This document shows, one piece after another, positions 1 through 9,037 of a stretch of DNA of 64,000 nucleotides. The translations under genes were made by a program, and so were the position numbers. The notes under the pieces are model-generated. The model did no database searches. It was not told the origin of the DNA and saw only the letters and a program-made list of their open reading frames with translations. The stretch comes from Candidatus Hydrogenedentota bacterium (lineage in GTDB: Bacteria > Hydrogenedentota > Hydrogenedentia > Hydrogenedentales > SLHB01): NCBI GenBank assembly GCA_034408725.1, contig JAWXCN010000098.1, positions 1-64,000 of the forward strand, read 5' to 3'. How positions within the stretch are numbered: position 1 is the first letter of the stretch; each line of letters begins with the position of its first letter.

Positions 1-167
1 GACCGGAAACCTTCCGCGATGGCCAAGCCCGCTGCGTCATCTTTCGCGCGGTTGATGCGCAATCCGCTCGACAACCGTTCAAGGCTCACATTGAGCGCGC
101 CCGTCGAACGCCCCAGCGTGCGCGCCGCGTTTAATGCGGCGACATTCGTGTTGATCCTGAGTCCCAT
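1..167 (-). CDS. fliC: Flagellin, N-terminal part (runs off the window start; not in the ORF track)
   Basis: Manual translation from ATG 167: [55 protein letters not shown], a flagellin N-terminal signature; SD GGAGGG upstream. Confidence 0.95.
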   Translation of the reverse strand, partial: MGLRINTNVAALNAARTLGRSTGALNVSLERLSSGLRINRAKDDAAGLAIAEGFR

Positions 168-385
168 AGCAAATTCCCTCCGTGAGTGGTTGGCCGTGCG
201 CATCCTTGCGCACGCGGTCCATGTCCCGGAGAAGGCGTCCCTATTCGCCTTCCCCCTTTGCCGTTCCATCCCTGAAGAACGGCACTATGTCAGTACATCG
301 GCCAGGGCGACGCGAAGGCTCCCTTAAAACCTTTGAATCGCCCCTGACTACTGAAGAGGTCTTGTGACCCACTTCGGCGTGTCCG
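168..385 (-). promoter_or_regulatory. Structured flagellin 5' leader with multiple candidate CsrA sites
   Basis: Hairpins at 290-354, 259-284, 231-252 and 195-214 with AGGGA/AAGGA at their loops, plus AUGGA and ACGGAGGGA over the SD. Confidence 0.75.
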
Positions 386-391
386 CCATTT

Positions 392-418
392 CTATCGGCA
401 GCTTTAGGCGAAACTTTA
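392..418 (-). promoter_or_regulatory. Sigma28 (FliA) promoter
   Basis: Minus strand TAAAGTTT-N11-GCCGATAG upstream of flagellin. Confidence 0.9.
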
Positions 419-613
419 GCGATTTTGTGAACTAAATTTGCGGGGTATGCGGAATTAATAGTAATCAATTGACGAAATTCTCGAAAAATTCTGTCTATAG
501 TTAACCGGGAGAGAATATCGATATTGAAGAAAATAGGGCCTGTTTAATTCTTCGGGAATACAATCGGTGGTAGATGGCACGAATTTACACACCACGCTTG
601 GGCCGAGAGACGC

Positions 614-642
614 TTGACTCCCAGAATCCTTTCTGGTAATCT
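614..642 (+). promoter_or_regulatory. Sigma70-type promoter for the outer-membrane protein gene
   Basis: TTGACT-N17-TAATCT with extended -10 TG. Confidence 0.6.
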
Positions 643-888
643 CTCGCAAGGTTTTGGGGTAGTCAGGGGGATTCTGATTTACACACAGCAGTACTACGTT
701 TCGACAAATCCATCAACTGCGATCTCACAACGGAGCTGAAAGGAGGGATGAAAGCAGGACCGGAAATGGTCTCCGAGGTCGCGCAGAGATGTGCTGTATA
801 GATTAGAAGTGGACGTTTGGCATCCGGTGGAGCACGTTGTAGTTTTCCATCCGGATGCTGACAAAGTATAGATAAGGAGAGATTATCA

Positions 889-2487
889 ATGCGTAAAGCA
901 GCGATGATCCTGATGTGCGCGGCGTTGGCCGTGACTGCCATCCCGGCGTTTGCTGAATTGCAGAACGTCCAGGTTGGCGGTTCGCTCCAGATTCGCGCGA
1001 ACTACTATCGGAATGTCGCTCCGGACGGCAACGTCCCGGGCTCCCTTTCGAACACGCAGATCATCTGGCCGAACTTCTTCCTTCCGAGTCGCCCAATCGG
1101 TTCCGGCGCCTTTAACGGCAACGGTATCGTGTCGGCGTTTTCGTGGGACAAGGACGACAGCAATTCCGTCAGCTTCGTCGAACAGCGCACCCGTTTGAAC
1201 GTGAAGGCCGATTTCACCAATGAAGTCTCCGCGTTCATCGAGCTGGACAGCTACGACGTGTGGGGCGAGCAGGGCGACTTCCGCTCCAACTATATCACCG
1301 GCCAAGACACCCGTGCGGGGTCGGGGACCGACGACGTAGTGCTCTACCAGGGCTACATTGAAGCCAACGAGATGTGGGGCTTCCCCCTGCGCGCCCGAAT
1401 CGGTCGCCAGGAGCTTAGCTTCGGCAGCGAGTGGCTGGTCGGTGTGAATGACACCTCGTCGTTCTACCAGGGCCTGTCGTTTGACGGTCTGCGCCTGACC
1501 TACGGCACCGACGTATTCAGCGTCGATGCGTTCATTTCGACGCTTGCCGAAGGCGGCGCGAATGAAGAAGACGAAGACGTAACCTTCATGGGTCTCTACG
1601 GCAGCTATAAGGGTCTCGAAGAAATCACAATCGATGCCTATTATTTCCTGCTTCGTGATGCCCGCAGCCTGAATGACACGAACTTCGTCGCGTTGATCGA
1701 GGGATTGGAAGACATCTTTGGTCTTGACGACTACGATGCAACCAACCTTCACACTGTTGGCCTCCGCGGAGCCGGCACGATCGGCGCGTTCGATTTCGAA
1801 GCCGAAGCTGCCTTCCAGTTTGGTGATTCCCACTCAACTGGTTTCCTGTTCAAGCCGTTCCTGTACGGTGATGATGATTCCGAATACGATGCGTGGGCTG
1901 CCAACCTTGAAGTTGGCTACACCTTCGACATCGCGTGGTCGCCGCGCGTCTACTTGGGCGGCGCCTACTTTGATGGCGAAGACAACCGCGACATCACGTT
2001 CTTCCAGTGGTTGAACCCGTTTGACCGCCCCGAAGCGTCGGTCAGCTTCAACCGCCTGTTCTCGAATTGGGAGTACTCGGAGTTCATCGAGAACACCGAC
2101 CTCTCGAACGCGTACGTCCTTCGTGGCGGCGTGAGCGTCCAGCCGACCGAGAGCATCGAAGCGTTGTTGGCGATCTCGTACTTCAAGACCCTTGAAGAGT
2201 TCGACGAGCCGAAGAACGTTTCCATCGGCGGATTCAAGGTTCCGGTTGCACCGGCCCTTTCCTTCTGGACCCAAGAGAACGATGATGAGCTTGGTTGGGA
2301 AGCTGCGCTGTACGTGACCTATCACTACAGCGAAGACCTGAGCTTCCAGGTTGGTTGGGCGCACCTCTTCGTGGGTGACGGCCTCCAGGACGGTCAGTTC
2401 TCGGCGCTCAATGGCCTCGGCTTCAATGGCGGGACCGGCGACGACGATGCGGACTACGTCTTCGTCGAAACGAAGCTCTGCTTCTAA
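889..2487 (+). CDS. Alginate-export-family outer membrane beta-barrel protein
   Basis: Signal peptide, EQRTRL and RIGRQELSFG..WLVG motifs, alternating aromatic strands, C-terminal Phe, SD AAGGAG. Confidence 0.8.
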   Translation: MRKAAMILMCAALAVTAIPAFAELQNVQVGGSLQIRANYYRNVAPDGNVPGSLSNTQIIWPNFFLPSRPIGSGAFNGNGIVSAFSWDKDDSNSVSFVEQRTRLNVKADFTNEVSAFIELDSYDVWGEQGDFRSNYITGQDTRAGSGTDDVVLYQGYIEANEMWGFPLRARIGRQELSFGSEWLVGVNDTSSFYQGLSFDGLRLTYGTDVFSVDAFISTLAEGGANEEDEDVTFMGLYGSYKGLEEITIDAYYFLLRDARSLNDTNFVALIEGLEDIFGLDDYDATNLHTVGLRGAGTIGAFDFEAEAAFQFGDSHSTGFLFKPFLYGDDDSEYDAWAANLEVGYTFDIAWSPRVYLGGAYFDGEDNRDITFFQWLNPFDRPEASVSFNRLFSNWEYSEFIENTDLSNAYVLRGGVSVQPTESIEALLAISYFKTLEEFDEPKNVSIGGFKVPVAPALSFWTQENDDELGWEAALYVTYHYSEDLSFQVGWAHLFVGDGLQDGQFSALNGLGFNGGTGDDDADYVFVETKLCF

Positions 2488-2503
2488 TTCTCTAGTCGTT
2501 TAA

Positions 2504-2547
2504 CAGCGGCCCCCGGCGTTTAACACGCCGGGGGCCGCTGGTTTTTT
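2504..2547 (+). terminator. Intrinsic terminator
   Basis: CAGCGGCCCCCGGCGT / ACGCCGGGGGCCGCTG stem followed by GTTTTTT. Confidence 0.9.
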
Positions 2548-2604
2548 GACGTGATAGCTACTATATCCACTGTCGTCATTGGCATGTTGGTAACTGCTGC
2601 CTCA

Positions 2605-2640
2605 CATCCCCCTAAATCCCCCTTCAAAGGGGGACTTAAG
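2605..2640. repeat. Dispersed palindromic repeat family A (CATCCCCCTAAATCCCCCTTCAAAGGGGGACTTAAG)
   Basis: Further copies at 17509-17544, 29041-29074 (degenerate), 29111-29145, 50621-50652, 53531-53566; partial inverted copy near 2710-2725. Confidence 0.9.
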
Positions 2641-2729
2641 AATGATCAATCAAAGTGGACAGCGCTAAATCGCGATAGGGAAGAAATAGAGTCGATAGAC
2701 CCTCTTTGAAAGTCCCCCTTTAAGCGGCT

Positions 2730-4079
2730 CTAAGCTAACCCCGTCGGCGCGCTGAGCCCGTAATCATGAATTTTCTTCCGCAGCGTTGTCGGCGAAATAT
2801 CCAACAACGCGGCGGTCTGCGTAATGTTCCACCCCGTCGCGTTCAGCGCGACCCGCACATGGTCCCGCTCCGCTTCACGAAGCGTTTTGAGGACTCCTGG
2901 AGTAGACGTGTGCGACGCGGGAGCACCGCCCAACGATGCTGAAACGTCCGCCTCCGTGATGGTCTCCCCCCGTGTCAGCAACGCCGCGCGCGTGAGCACG
3001 TTCTCGAGTTCCCGGACGTTGCCCGGCCAATCGTAGGCTTGCAAGCGGCGCATCGCCCGTTCATCAATGGCTGAGACCGGCCTGTGCAGGTCCCGCCGCA
3101 GCCGCGCCAGGATTTGTCCCGTCAACAAGGGGATGTCCTCCAGGCGGTCACGCAGCGGGGGCACGCGTATAGTCGACACCGCAAGCCGGTAATACAGGTC
3201 CTCGCGAAACGCCCCGGAAGCGACCATCGACTCAAGATTACGGTGTGTCGCTGCGATGATGCGTGCGCGCAAAGGAATGCCCTTTGCACTCCCCACCCGT
3301 TCAAATGAACGCTCCTGTATCGCGCGCAATAGCTTTGCCTGAAGTTCAATAGCCATGTCGCCAATTTCATCAAAAAAAATGACCCCTTCGCCGGCAAGTT
3401 CAAATCTTCCCGCCTTGTCAGTATCGGCGCCCGTGAACGCGCCTTTAACGTGCCCGAAAAGCTCGCTTTCGAGCAGCGCCGAGACCACAGAGCTACAGTT
3501 GACCGCGACAAACGGGGTACCGGCAGTTGTCGACTCGTGGAGGGCACGCGCGACCAATTCCTTGCCTGTTCCGCTTTCACCCAGAATCAATACCGGGATT
3601 CGGCTTTCGCTGAGCACCCCGATCTGTTTGATAACATCGATTATTTTCGCGCTCGCGCCAACGATCTCATTGGGTGGCGCCTCGTTATGGTCCGGTGCGA
3701 TTTTTCTGGCGGCGGTTCTCCGCATGCGCTGGCCGGCTTTCTCGACCGTCACCAGCACTGCGTCCAAATCCAACGGCTTGCGGATGTAATCAAACGCGCC
3801 CAGCCGGACGGCTTCAATCGTCGCCTTCATGTCTTGCGTGCCCGTGATCATGACGGTGAGGGTGGAAAGTTCGTGTTTTTGTATGTCTTTCAATACTTCG
3901 AGCCCGGTCCCATCCGGGAGTTTTAAATCGACAAACGCCATGTCATACCGCGCTGCATGGACCGCGGCAATTCCTTCGCGTGCCGAATGCGCGAGTTCGA
4001 TCGAATGGCCACCGCGTTCGAGATGAATCTGAAGCGATCGCGCAAGCGCGGTGTCGTCATCAATTACAAGAATCTTCAT
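2730..4079 (-). CDS. Sigma54-dependent response regulator (NtrC family)
   Basis: REC domain, GESGTGKE Walker A, ESELFGH..GAFTGA, WPGNVREL, C-terminal Fis HTH. Confidence 0.95.
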   Translation of the reverse strand: MKILVIDDDTALARSLQIHLERGGHSIELAHSAREGIAAVHAARYDMAFVDLKLPDGTGLEVLKDIQKHELSTLTVMITGTQDMKATIEAVRLGAFDYIRKPLDLDAVLVTVEKAGQRMRRTAARKIAPDHNEAPPNEIVGASAKIIDVIKQIGVLSESRIPVLILGESGTGKELVARALHESTTAGTPFVAVNCSSVVSALLESELFGHVKGAFTGADTDKAGRFELAGEGVIFFDEIGDMAIELQAKLLRAIQERSFERVGSAKGIPLRARIIAATHRNLESMVASGAFREDLYYRLAVSTIRVPPLRDRLEDIPLLTGQILARLRRDLHRPVSAIDERAMRRLQAYDWPGNVRELENVLTRAALLTRGETITEADVSASLGGAPASHTSTPGVLKTLREAERDHVRVALNATGWNITQTAALLDISPTTLRKKIHDYGLSAPTGLA

Positions 4080-5908
4080 TCGCCCGATCCGGTTGCAAGC
4101 GGCAGTCGCATTGTGAACACTGCGCCGCCGTTCACGCCGTTTTCCGCTGTCACAATCCCTCCATGCAGTTCGATAATCTTCTTCACATTTGCAAGCCCCA
4201 ACCCTGTGCCGCCCTCCTTCGTGGTGAAAAACGGGCTGAACGCGCGTTCCAGCGCCTCATCCGTGAGTCCGCTGCCCGCGTCCGAAACAATAAGGAAGCC
4301 AACGTCGCTCCACAACGCTTCCTTGCGCGCGCGCACCGCGACCACGCCATCGGTTGGCGACGCCTGCATCGCATTCATCACGACGTTGGTCAGCGCCCGG
4401 CAAATCTGTTCGGGATCGACCAGTAGCTTTACACCGAGCAATTCATCGTGCGGCTCAATGCGCACCCGTTTCGCCAGCGCCTGTTCTCGGACGACGGCGG
4501 ACACGGACCCCATGATTTCCGCGAACGATACCGGTTCGGGACGTAGTTCGAGCGGACGCCCGTATTGCAGCAAATCTTCGAGCATCCGTTCGAGCCTGCG
4601 AACCTGCGCGTCAGCGATGCCGGCAAGTTCACGGTTCGCGGGGTCTGGTTCCACGTCACGTTTCAGCGCCTGCAGGTTCATTTTGATCGAGGACAACGGG
4701 TTGCGCATTTCATGCACAATGCTGGAACTCAACTCGCCGATGGACGCAAGCGTCGCCGTGCGCACCAGTTCCTTTTGTTTGTCTCGCAAATCATCCAGCA
4801 TTTGGTTGAATGCTTTTCGGACTTCCTCCGCTTCCGCGCCATGAAGCGGGCCAACGCGTTCGTCCATCGCCCCGCCACGCACCTGCTGGGCGACGTGCGC
4901 CAGCACCCGCAACGGTTCCCCCAGGCGCTGAGAAGTCCAACGTGCAACGAATGCTATGACGATCACGGAAAGCACTCCGGTGATGGTTACGCGACGGATG
5001 AGCGTATACAGCCATGCGAGCGCCTCTGCTTTGTCCTGTTCGGCCACTACAATCCAGTTTATGCCCTCTATCTGCGCGCCAACACCCCATACCGTGTTAT
5101 TCAAAAAGTCCATATATTCACGAGGAATTCCCCTCGTAGCAAATAGATCGAGATAGCGTTCCGGTAACGGGTTGCGTAATGCGAAGCGCGACTCATGCGC
5201 AAAGGGTTCCGTCACGGGCATTAACTTTGAATGTGCGAGAAACACCTTTCCGGTTTTGCCGAGGCCGAAACCATTCGAACCGCCGTCCTTGGTTTGGACG
5301 ACCGGGTCCAAGCCCCGCGTAAGGTTCAACGTTGCGATAACCGTGCTTTTATCGGAGCCCGTTCCGATCACGCGACCGATCCGGTAAACGACCGAGCCAT
5401 CGGAATTCAAAACCGGCTCGCTCGGTGGCTTCAATGAGGTGTCCAGTAGATTCTCCGCGAAATCGCGGATTTCCGATGGCACTTCGCTACTGGCAAGTAT
5501 GCGTCGCGATACTCTGGCTATCTGCACGCCCCCCGGACCAAGCACCGTCAGATCGTCATATGCCGCCACGCGGTTAAGAATAGCCCGCAGCATCATCGTG
5601 ACTTCCGCGTCAATTTCCTCTTCGGTCAGGTCCGCAAAATGTGCGCAACATCTGGCCACCGAGGGCGACGATGCAATGATGTCAATCTCGCTGCTCCGCT
5701 GGTCCAACCACGACTCGACCAGTTCCGCCCGCGCGTTCGCGACCGAAACGAGCTGTTCGTTGGTCTTTTCGACGATCGCCTGTTTGCCGCAGTGATACCC
5801 CTGGCTGGCCATCACCAGCAGCGGCACGATGGAAAGCACCAACATCCAAAGCAGCACGCGGCGCGTCAGGTCGCCATGGTTCGTGGGAGAGAACTCTGGG
5901 TTGCTCAT
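4076..5908 (-). CDS. Membrane sensor histidine kinase (periplasmic Cache-like domain, HAMP, HisKA, HATPase)
   Basis: Two TM segments, HEMRNPL H-box, N box, DAGSG and GTGLGL; overlaps the regulator start by 4 bp. Confidence 0.95.
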   Translation of the reverse strand: MSNPEFSPTNHGDLTRRVLLWMLVLSIVPLLVMASQGYHCGKQAIVEKTNEQLVSVANARAELVESWLDQRSSEIDIIASSPSVARCCAHFADLTEEEIDAEVTMMLRAILNRVAAYDDLTVLGPGGVQIARVSRRILASSEVPSEIRDFAENLLDTSLKPPSEPVLNSDGSVVYRIGRVIGTGSDKSTVIATLNLTRGLDPVVQTKDGGSNGFGLGKTGKVFLAHSKLMPVTEPFAHESRFALRNPLPERYLDLFATRGIPREYMDFLNNTVWGVGAQIEGINWIVVAEQDKAEALAWLYTLIRRVTITGVLSVIVIAFVARWTSQRLGEPLRVLAHVAQQVRGGAMDERVGPLHGAEAEEVRKAFNQMLDDLRDKQKELVRTATLASIGELSSSIVHEMRNPLSSIKMNLQALKRDVEPDPANRELAGIADAQVRRLERMLEDLLQYGRPLELRPEPVSFAEIMGSVSAVVREQALAKRVRIEPHDELLGVKLLVDPEQICRALTNVVMNAMQASPTDGVVAVRARKEALWSDVGFLIVSDAGSGLTDEALERAFSPFFTTKEGGTGLGLANVKKIIELHGGIVTAENGVNGGAVFTMRLPLATGSGE

Positions 5909-5923
5909 GGGGAAATAGTATCA

Positions 5924-6051
5924 ATTTTGGATTTTGGATTTTAGATTTTGGATTGGGGAGGGAAAACGGGAGACCTTCGATCCCAAGTCATTCCCTCGTT
6001 TTCAAGCTGAAGCCCTCTTCAATCCAAAATCGAAAATCTAAAATCCAAAAT
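5924..6051. repeat. Inverted pair of heptamer tandem repeats (ATTTTGG / CCAAAAT)
   Basis: 5924-5955 and 6020-6051 are reverse-complementary arrays; same family at 25252-25283 and 38306-38394. Confidence 0.9.
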
Positions 6052-6098
6052 CTTTTCTGCTATTCTCCCTCCATCGCATTCCACTACAAGGAACCCAC

Positions 6099-8042
6099 AT
6101 GCTTCGATTCGGCGCGTGCTACCACCCCGAGCAATGGACACCAGAGCAGGCCAAGGACCATGTGAAACTGATGGTCAAGGCGCGGATGAACACCGTGCGT
6201 ATGGGTGAGAACTGTTGGTGCAAATTCGAGCCGGAGCAGGGCAAATATCGATTCGACTGGCTCGACCCGATCATTGAATCTCTGCACAAAGAAAACATTT
6301 CGACAGTTCTCTGCACGCCAACCTCCGTCGCTCCGCCATGGGTACACGTCCGGCATCCGAATGTGCGCCGATTTGCAAATGACCGTCATGCGGCCCCCGG
6401 CACGCCGCACGCCTGTTGTGTCAATGCGCCGGAATTTCAAATTTTGACGGATGCCCTTGTGCAAAGTCTTGCGCGCCATTACGCAAAGATCCCCGGGGTC
6501 ATTGCCTGGCAGGTCGACAATCGCCTCTTCGTTCCAATGGGTGGACCGTGCCGGTGCGAACATTGCCTCAAGGCGTTCCGGCAATGGTTAATTGCAAAAT
6601 ATGAGACAACGGATCGGCTGAACGAAGTTTGGCACGCATCCACCACGGGCGCCGAAGTGCGCCAGTGGAACGAGGTAAATTTTCCATCGGCTGAATACTT
6701 TGGTTCCGACCTGCTCGCCGGCCCTTCGTTGGACTTTGCGCGATTCTCGTCAAACGCGCTAATGGGCTATCACAAGCGCCAGGCCGACCTGATCCGGGAG
6801 TATTGTCCTGAACACAAAATCACATCCAATCTTCCCCGCAACGCAGACGATGTCGATATGGGCCAGTTCCGGGATCAAGTCGATAGCGTGGGCGGAACGA
6901 ATACCATCGAAGGGCGCGCTACCGGTTACGATGTGTTTAACCTATCCCGCCTCCGCGGCGCGCAAGGCCCGTTCTGGCTCATGGAACAAACGATTGGAAA
7001 TTGCGACAGTTTTGCCGTGCCTGAACCGGGGGACATTCGCAGGGGAATGTGGCAAGCCATCGCGCACGGCGCTGAAATGGTCCTGCTTCATCCCTTTCGT
7101 TCGTCACTCGCTGTCGTCGACCCGGAACGCCTGGGGGTGCTCGATTGGGATGGGATTCCGAGGCGGCGATTCAAAGAGGCTGTCCTTGCCGGCGACGAAC
7201 TGCGCAAGCTCGGACCAGAAATTGAAAGCGCCATAATCGACGCTAAAGTCGCGGTGATGTTTAGCCCGGACGCGAACTGGAGCCAACAAGATTCCGCCGT
7301 GCCCGGTCCGGGGTACGTCGATCAGGCGGAATCAGTTTTCGCGATCGTTCGGCAAACCGGCAACGCCTGTGATGTTATCAGTCCGGGTGCGCCCCTCGAT
7401 CGGTATTCCATTGTGATCGCGCCCAGCCTGTCCATCGTGGACGACGCCCTCGCGCATCGGTTTGAGGAGTTCGCAAAAGCGGGCGGTACTCTGTTCTTTA
7501 CGCCGCTGTCCGGCTCGCGCGAAATTACGAACGCGCGCATAGCCACTCCATTGCCCGGCCTGCTGGCGCCGCTCGCCGGTATTACGATCGAAGACTTCGC
7601 CGCCGCCGGGACCGTAAACTTCGCGCGGGGAGCGCTCATCGCGCAGACATGCGAAGTCGGCGCCGGGTGCGAGGTGCTGGAGCTTGTCAGCGCGGAATCC
7701 CTTGCCGAATATCTCGATGGACGCCTGAAGGGCAAAATTGCCATTTCCCGTCGAAGTGTTGGCAAAGGCCAAGTGATCTATTGTGGCGTGCACCTCCCCG
7801 CGAACATGCTGGCATTGTTTCTCGCGGAATACCTTCCGGAATTTCCCATCAAAGAAATTCCACCCGGCGTGGAGGTCATCCAGCGAAAGGGAAACGGCCG
7901 ACGAATCGTTTTTGTCATTAATCACGCGAAAGAACGAAGGAAACTCAAGCTTCCCGGCCAATTCCCCGATCTGCTCACCGGTGAAACGGTCGGGCCGAAT
8001 CTCACCATCAGCGCCAACGGCATCCTCATCCTGAAGGCATAG
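6099..8042 (+). CDS. GH42 beta-galactosidase-like protein
   Basis: GACYHPEQW start, EPEQGKY.FDWLD, Cys cluster CRCEHC, LMEQ nucleophile region, trimerisation-like and C-terminal domains. Confidence 0.85.
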   Translation: MLRFGACYHPEQWTPEQAKDHVKLMVKARMNTVRMGENCWCKFEPEQGKYRFDWLDPIIESLHKENISTVLCTPTSVAPPWVHVRHPNVRRFANDRHAAPGTPHACCVNAPEFQILTDALVQSLARHYAKIPGVIAWQVDNRLFVPMGGPCRCEHCLKAFRQWLIAKYETTDRLNEVWHASTTGAEVRQWNEVNFPSAEYFGSDLLAGPSLDFARFSSNALMGYHKRQADLIREYCPEHKITSNLPRNADDVDMGQFRDQVDSVGGTNTIEGRATGYDVFNLSRLRGAQGPFWLMEQTIGNCDSFAVPEPGDIRRGMWQAIAHGAEMVLLHPFRSSLAVVDPERLGVLDWDGIPRRRFKEAVLAGDELRKLGPEIESAIIDAKVAVMFSPDANWSQQDSAVPGPGYVDQAESVFAIVRQTGNACDVISPGAPLDRYSIVIAPSLSIVDDALAHRFEEFAKAGGTLFFTPLSGSREITNARIATPLPGLLAPLAGITIEDFAAAGTVNFARGALIAQTCEVGAGCEVLELVSAESLAEYLDGRLKGKIAISRRSVGKGQVIYCGVHLPANMLALFLAEYLPEFPIKEIPPGVEVIQRKGNGRRIVFVINHAKERRKLKLPGQFPDLLTGETVGPNLTISANGILILKA

Positions 8043-8087
8043 CGCTACGGACATTTCGGCGTCCCGTCGTGCTAGAATGCGCGTGGC

Positions 8088-9020
8088 ATGAATGTCACTT
8101 TCGTCATTCCAGTATTCAACGAGCGCGAAACGCTCGAACCGCTTGCTGCGGGCATTGCGGAACACGTGGCTCCATATCCTTACCGGCTGATTTTCGTGGA
8201 CGACGGGAGCACGGATGGGTCTGATGCGACACTGCGCGCATTGCGGGATGCCGACTCCTCGGTGGAAGTAATCCGGCTGCGGGGAAACTTCGGAAAGTCC
8301 GCGGCGTTGGCCGCGGGGTTCGCGAGAGCGGGCGGCGACGTGGTATTCACCATGGATTCTGACCTTCAAGATGACCCCCGCGAAATCCCGCGGTTCATCG
8401 AAAAACTGTACGAAGGCTACGACGTCGTTTGCGGCTGGAAAGCCAAGCGCCACGATCCCGCGCACAAGACGGTCCCATCGAGGATCTATAACTGGTTCGT
8501 CGCGTGGTTGTTTTCAGTTCCGCTCCATGACGTAAACTGCGGCTTCAAACTGATGCGCACCGAAGTCGTAAAAAAAATCCAGGTTTACGGTGAGATGCAC
8601 AGGCTCATCCCCGTGCTCGCGCACAATCTGAACTATCGCATAACGGAAATACCCGTCGAACACCACCGCCGCCGCTACGGCAAATCGAAATATGGCATGG
8701 AGCGCTTTACCCGCGGCGCGATGGACGTGTTGACCATGTGGTTTCTCACGAAATACCGGCATGCTCCCGGACATTTTTTCGGCAAGCTTGGTGTGCTCCA
8801 AAAACTGTTCGGGTTGATAATATTGATTGCCGGCATTTACGTCTGGCGCACGACGCATCCCGCCGTGGGCGCCGCCCTGTTCACCGCCGGGCTCATTCTC
8901 GCGTCAACCGGCGCAATTACAATCTGCATCGGCCTTTTCGCAGAACTGATGCTGCGCCATTTTGTCCGCATCGATCCCGCGCTCTACGTAGCCGAGGACA
9001 GCGCGCAGGACGCGCCCTGA
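8088..9020 (+). CDS. Glycosyltransferase family 2, polyprenol-phosphate sugar synthase type (ArnC/DPM1-like)
   Basis: VIPVFNE, VDDGSTD, NFGKSAAL, MDSDLQDDP, C-terminal TM helices. Confidence 0.92.
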   Translation: MNVTFVIPVFNERETLEPLAAGIAEHVAPYPYRLIFVDDGSTDGSDATLRALRDADSSVEVIRLRGNFGKSAALAAGFARAGGDVVFTMDSDLQDDPREIPRFIEKLYEGYDVVCGWKAKRHDPAHKTVPSRIYNWFVAWLFSVPLHDVNCGFKLMRTEVVKKIQVYGEMHRLIPVLAHNLNYRITEIPVEHHRRRYGKSKYGMERFTRGAMDVLTMWFLTKYRHAPGHFFGKLGVLQKLFGLIILIAGIYVWRTTHPAVGAALFTAGLILASTGAITICIGLFAELMLRHFVRIDPALYVAEDSAQDAP

Positions 9021-9037
9021 CTTCGCACGCCGCGCCA

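Noticed and set aside
168-390. c-di-GMP riboswitch upstream of flagellin
   Set aside because: I could not find the GEMM two-hairpin/GNRA architecture; the hairpins are better explained as GGA-loop elements
575-590. TGGCAC sigma54-like -24 box
   Set aside because: No GC at the required GG-N10-GC spacing
886-1833. 315-aa minus-strand ORF (and 1834-2364)
   Set aside because: Antisense shadow of the outer-membrane protein gene; no motifs
5924-6051. Repeat clusters here and at 19256-19440 and 30155-30362 as possible CRISPR arrays
   Set aside because: No regular repeat-spacer periodicity and no cas genes; they are inverted or tandem short repeats
8738-9037. N-terminal extension of the TPR membrane protein in the ORF track (likewise 25293-25808 and 45728-45862)
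   Set aside because: Overlaps real upstream genes; downstream starts fit operon coupling better
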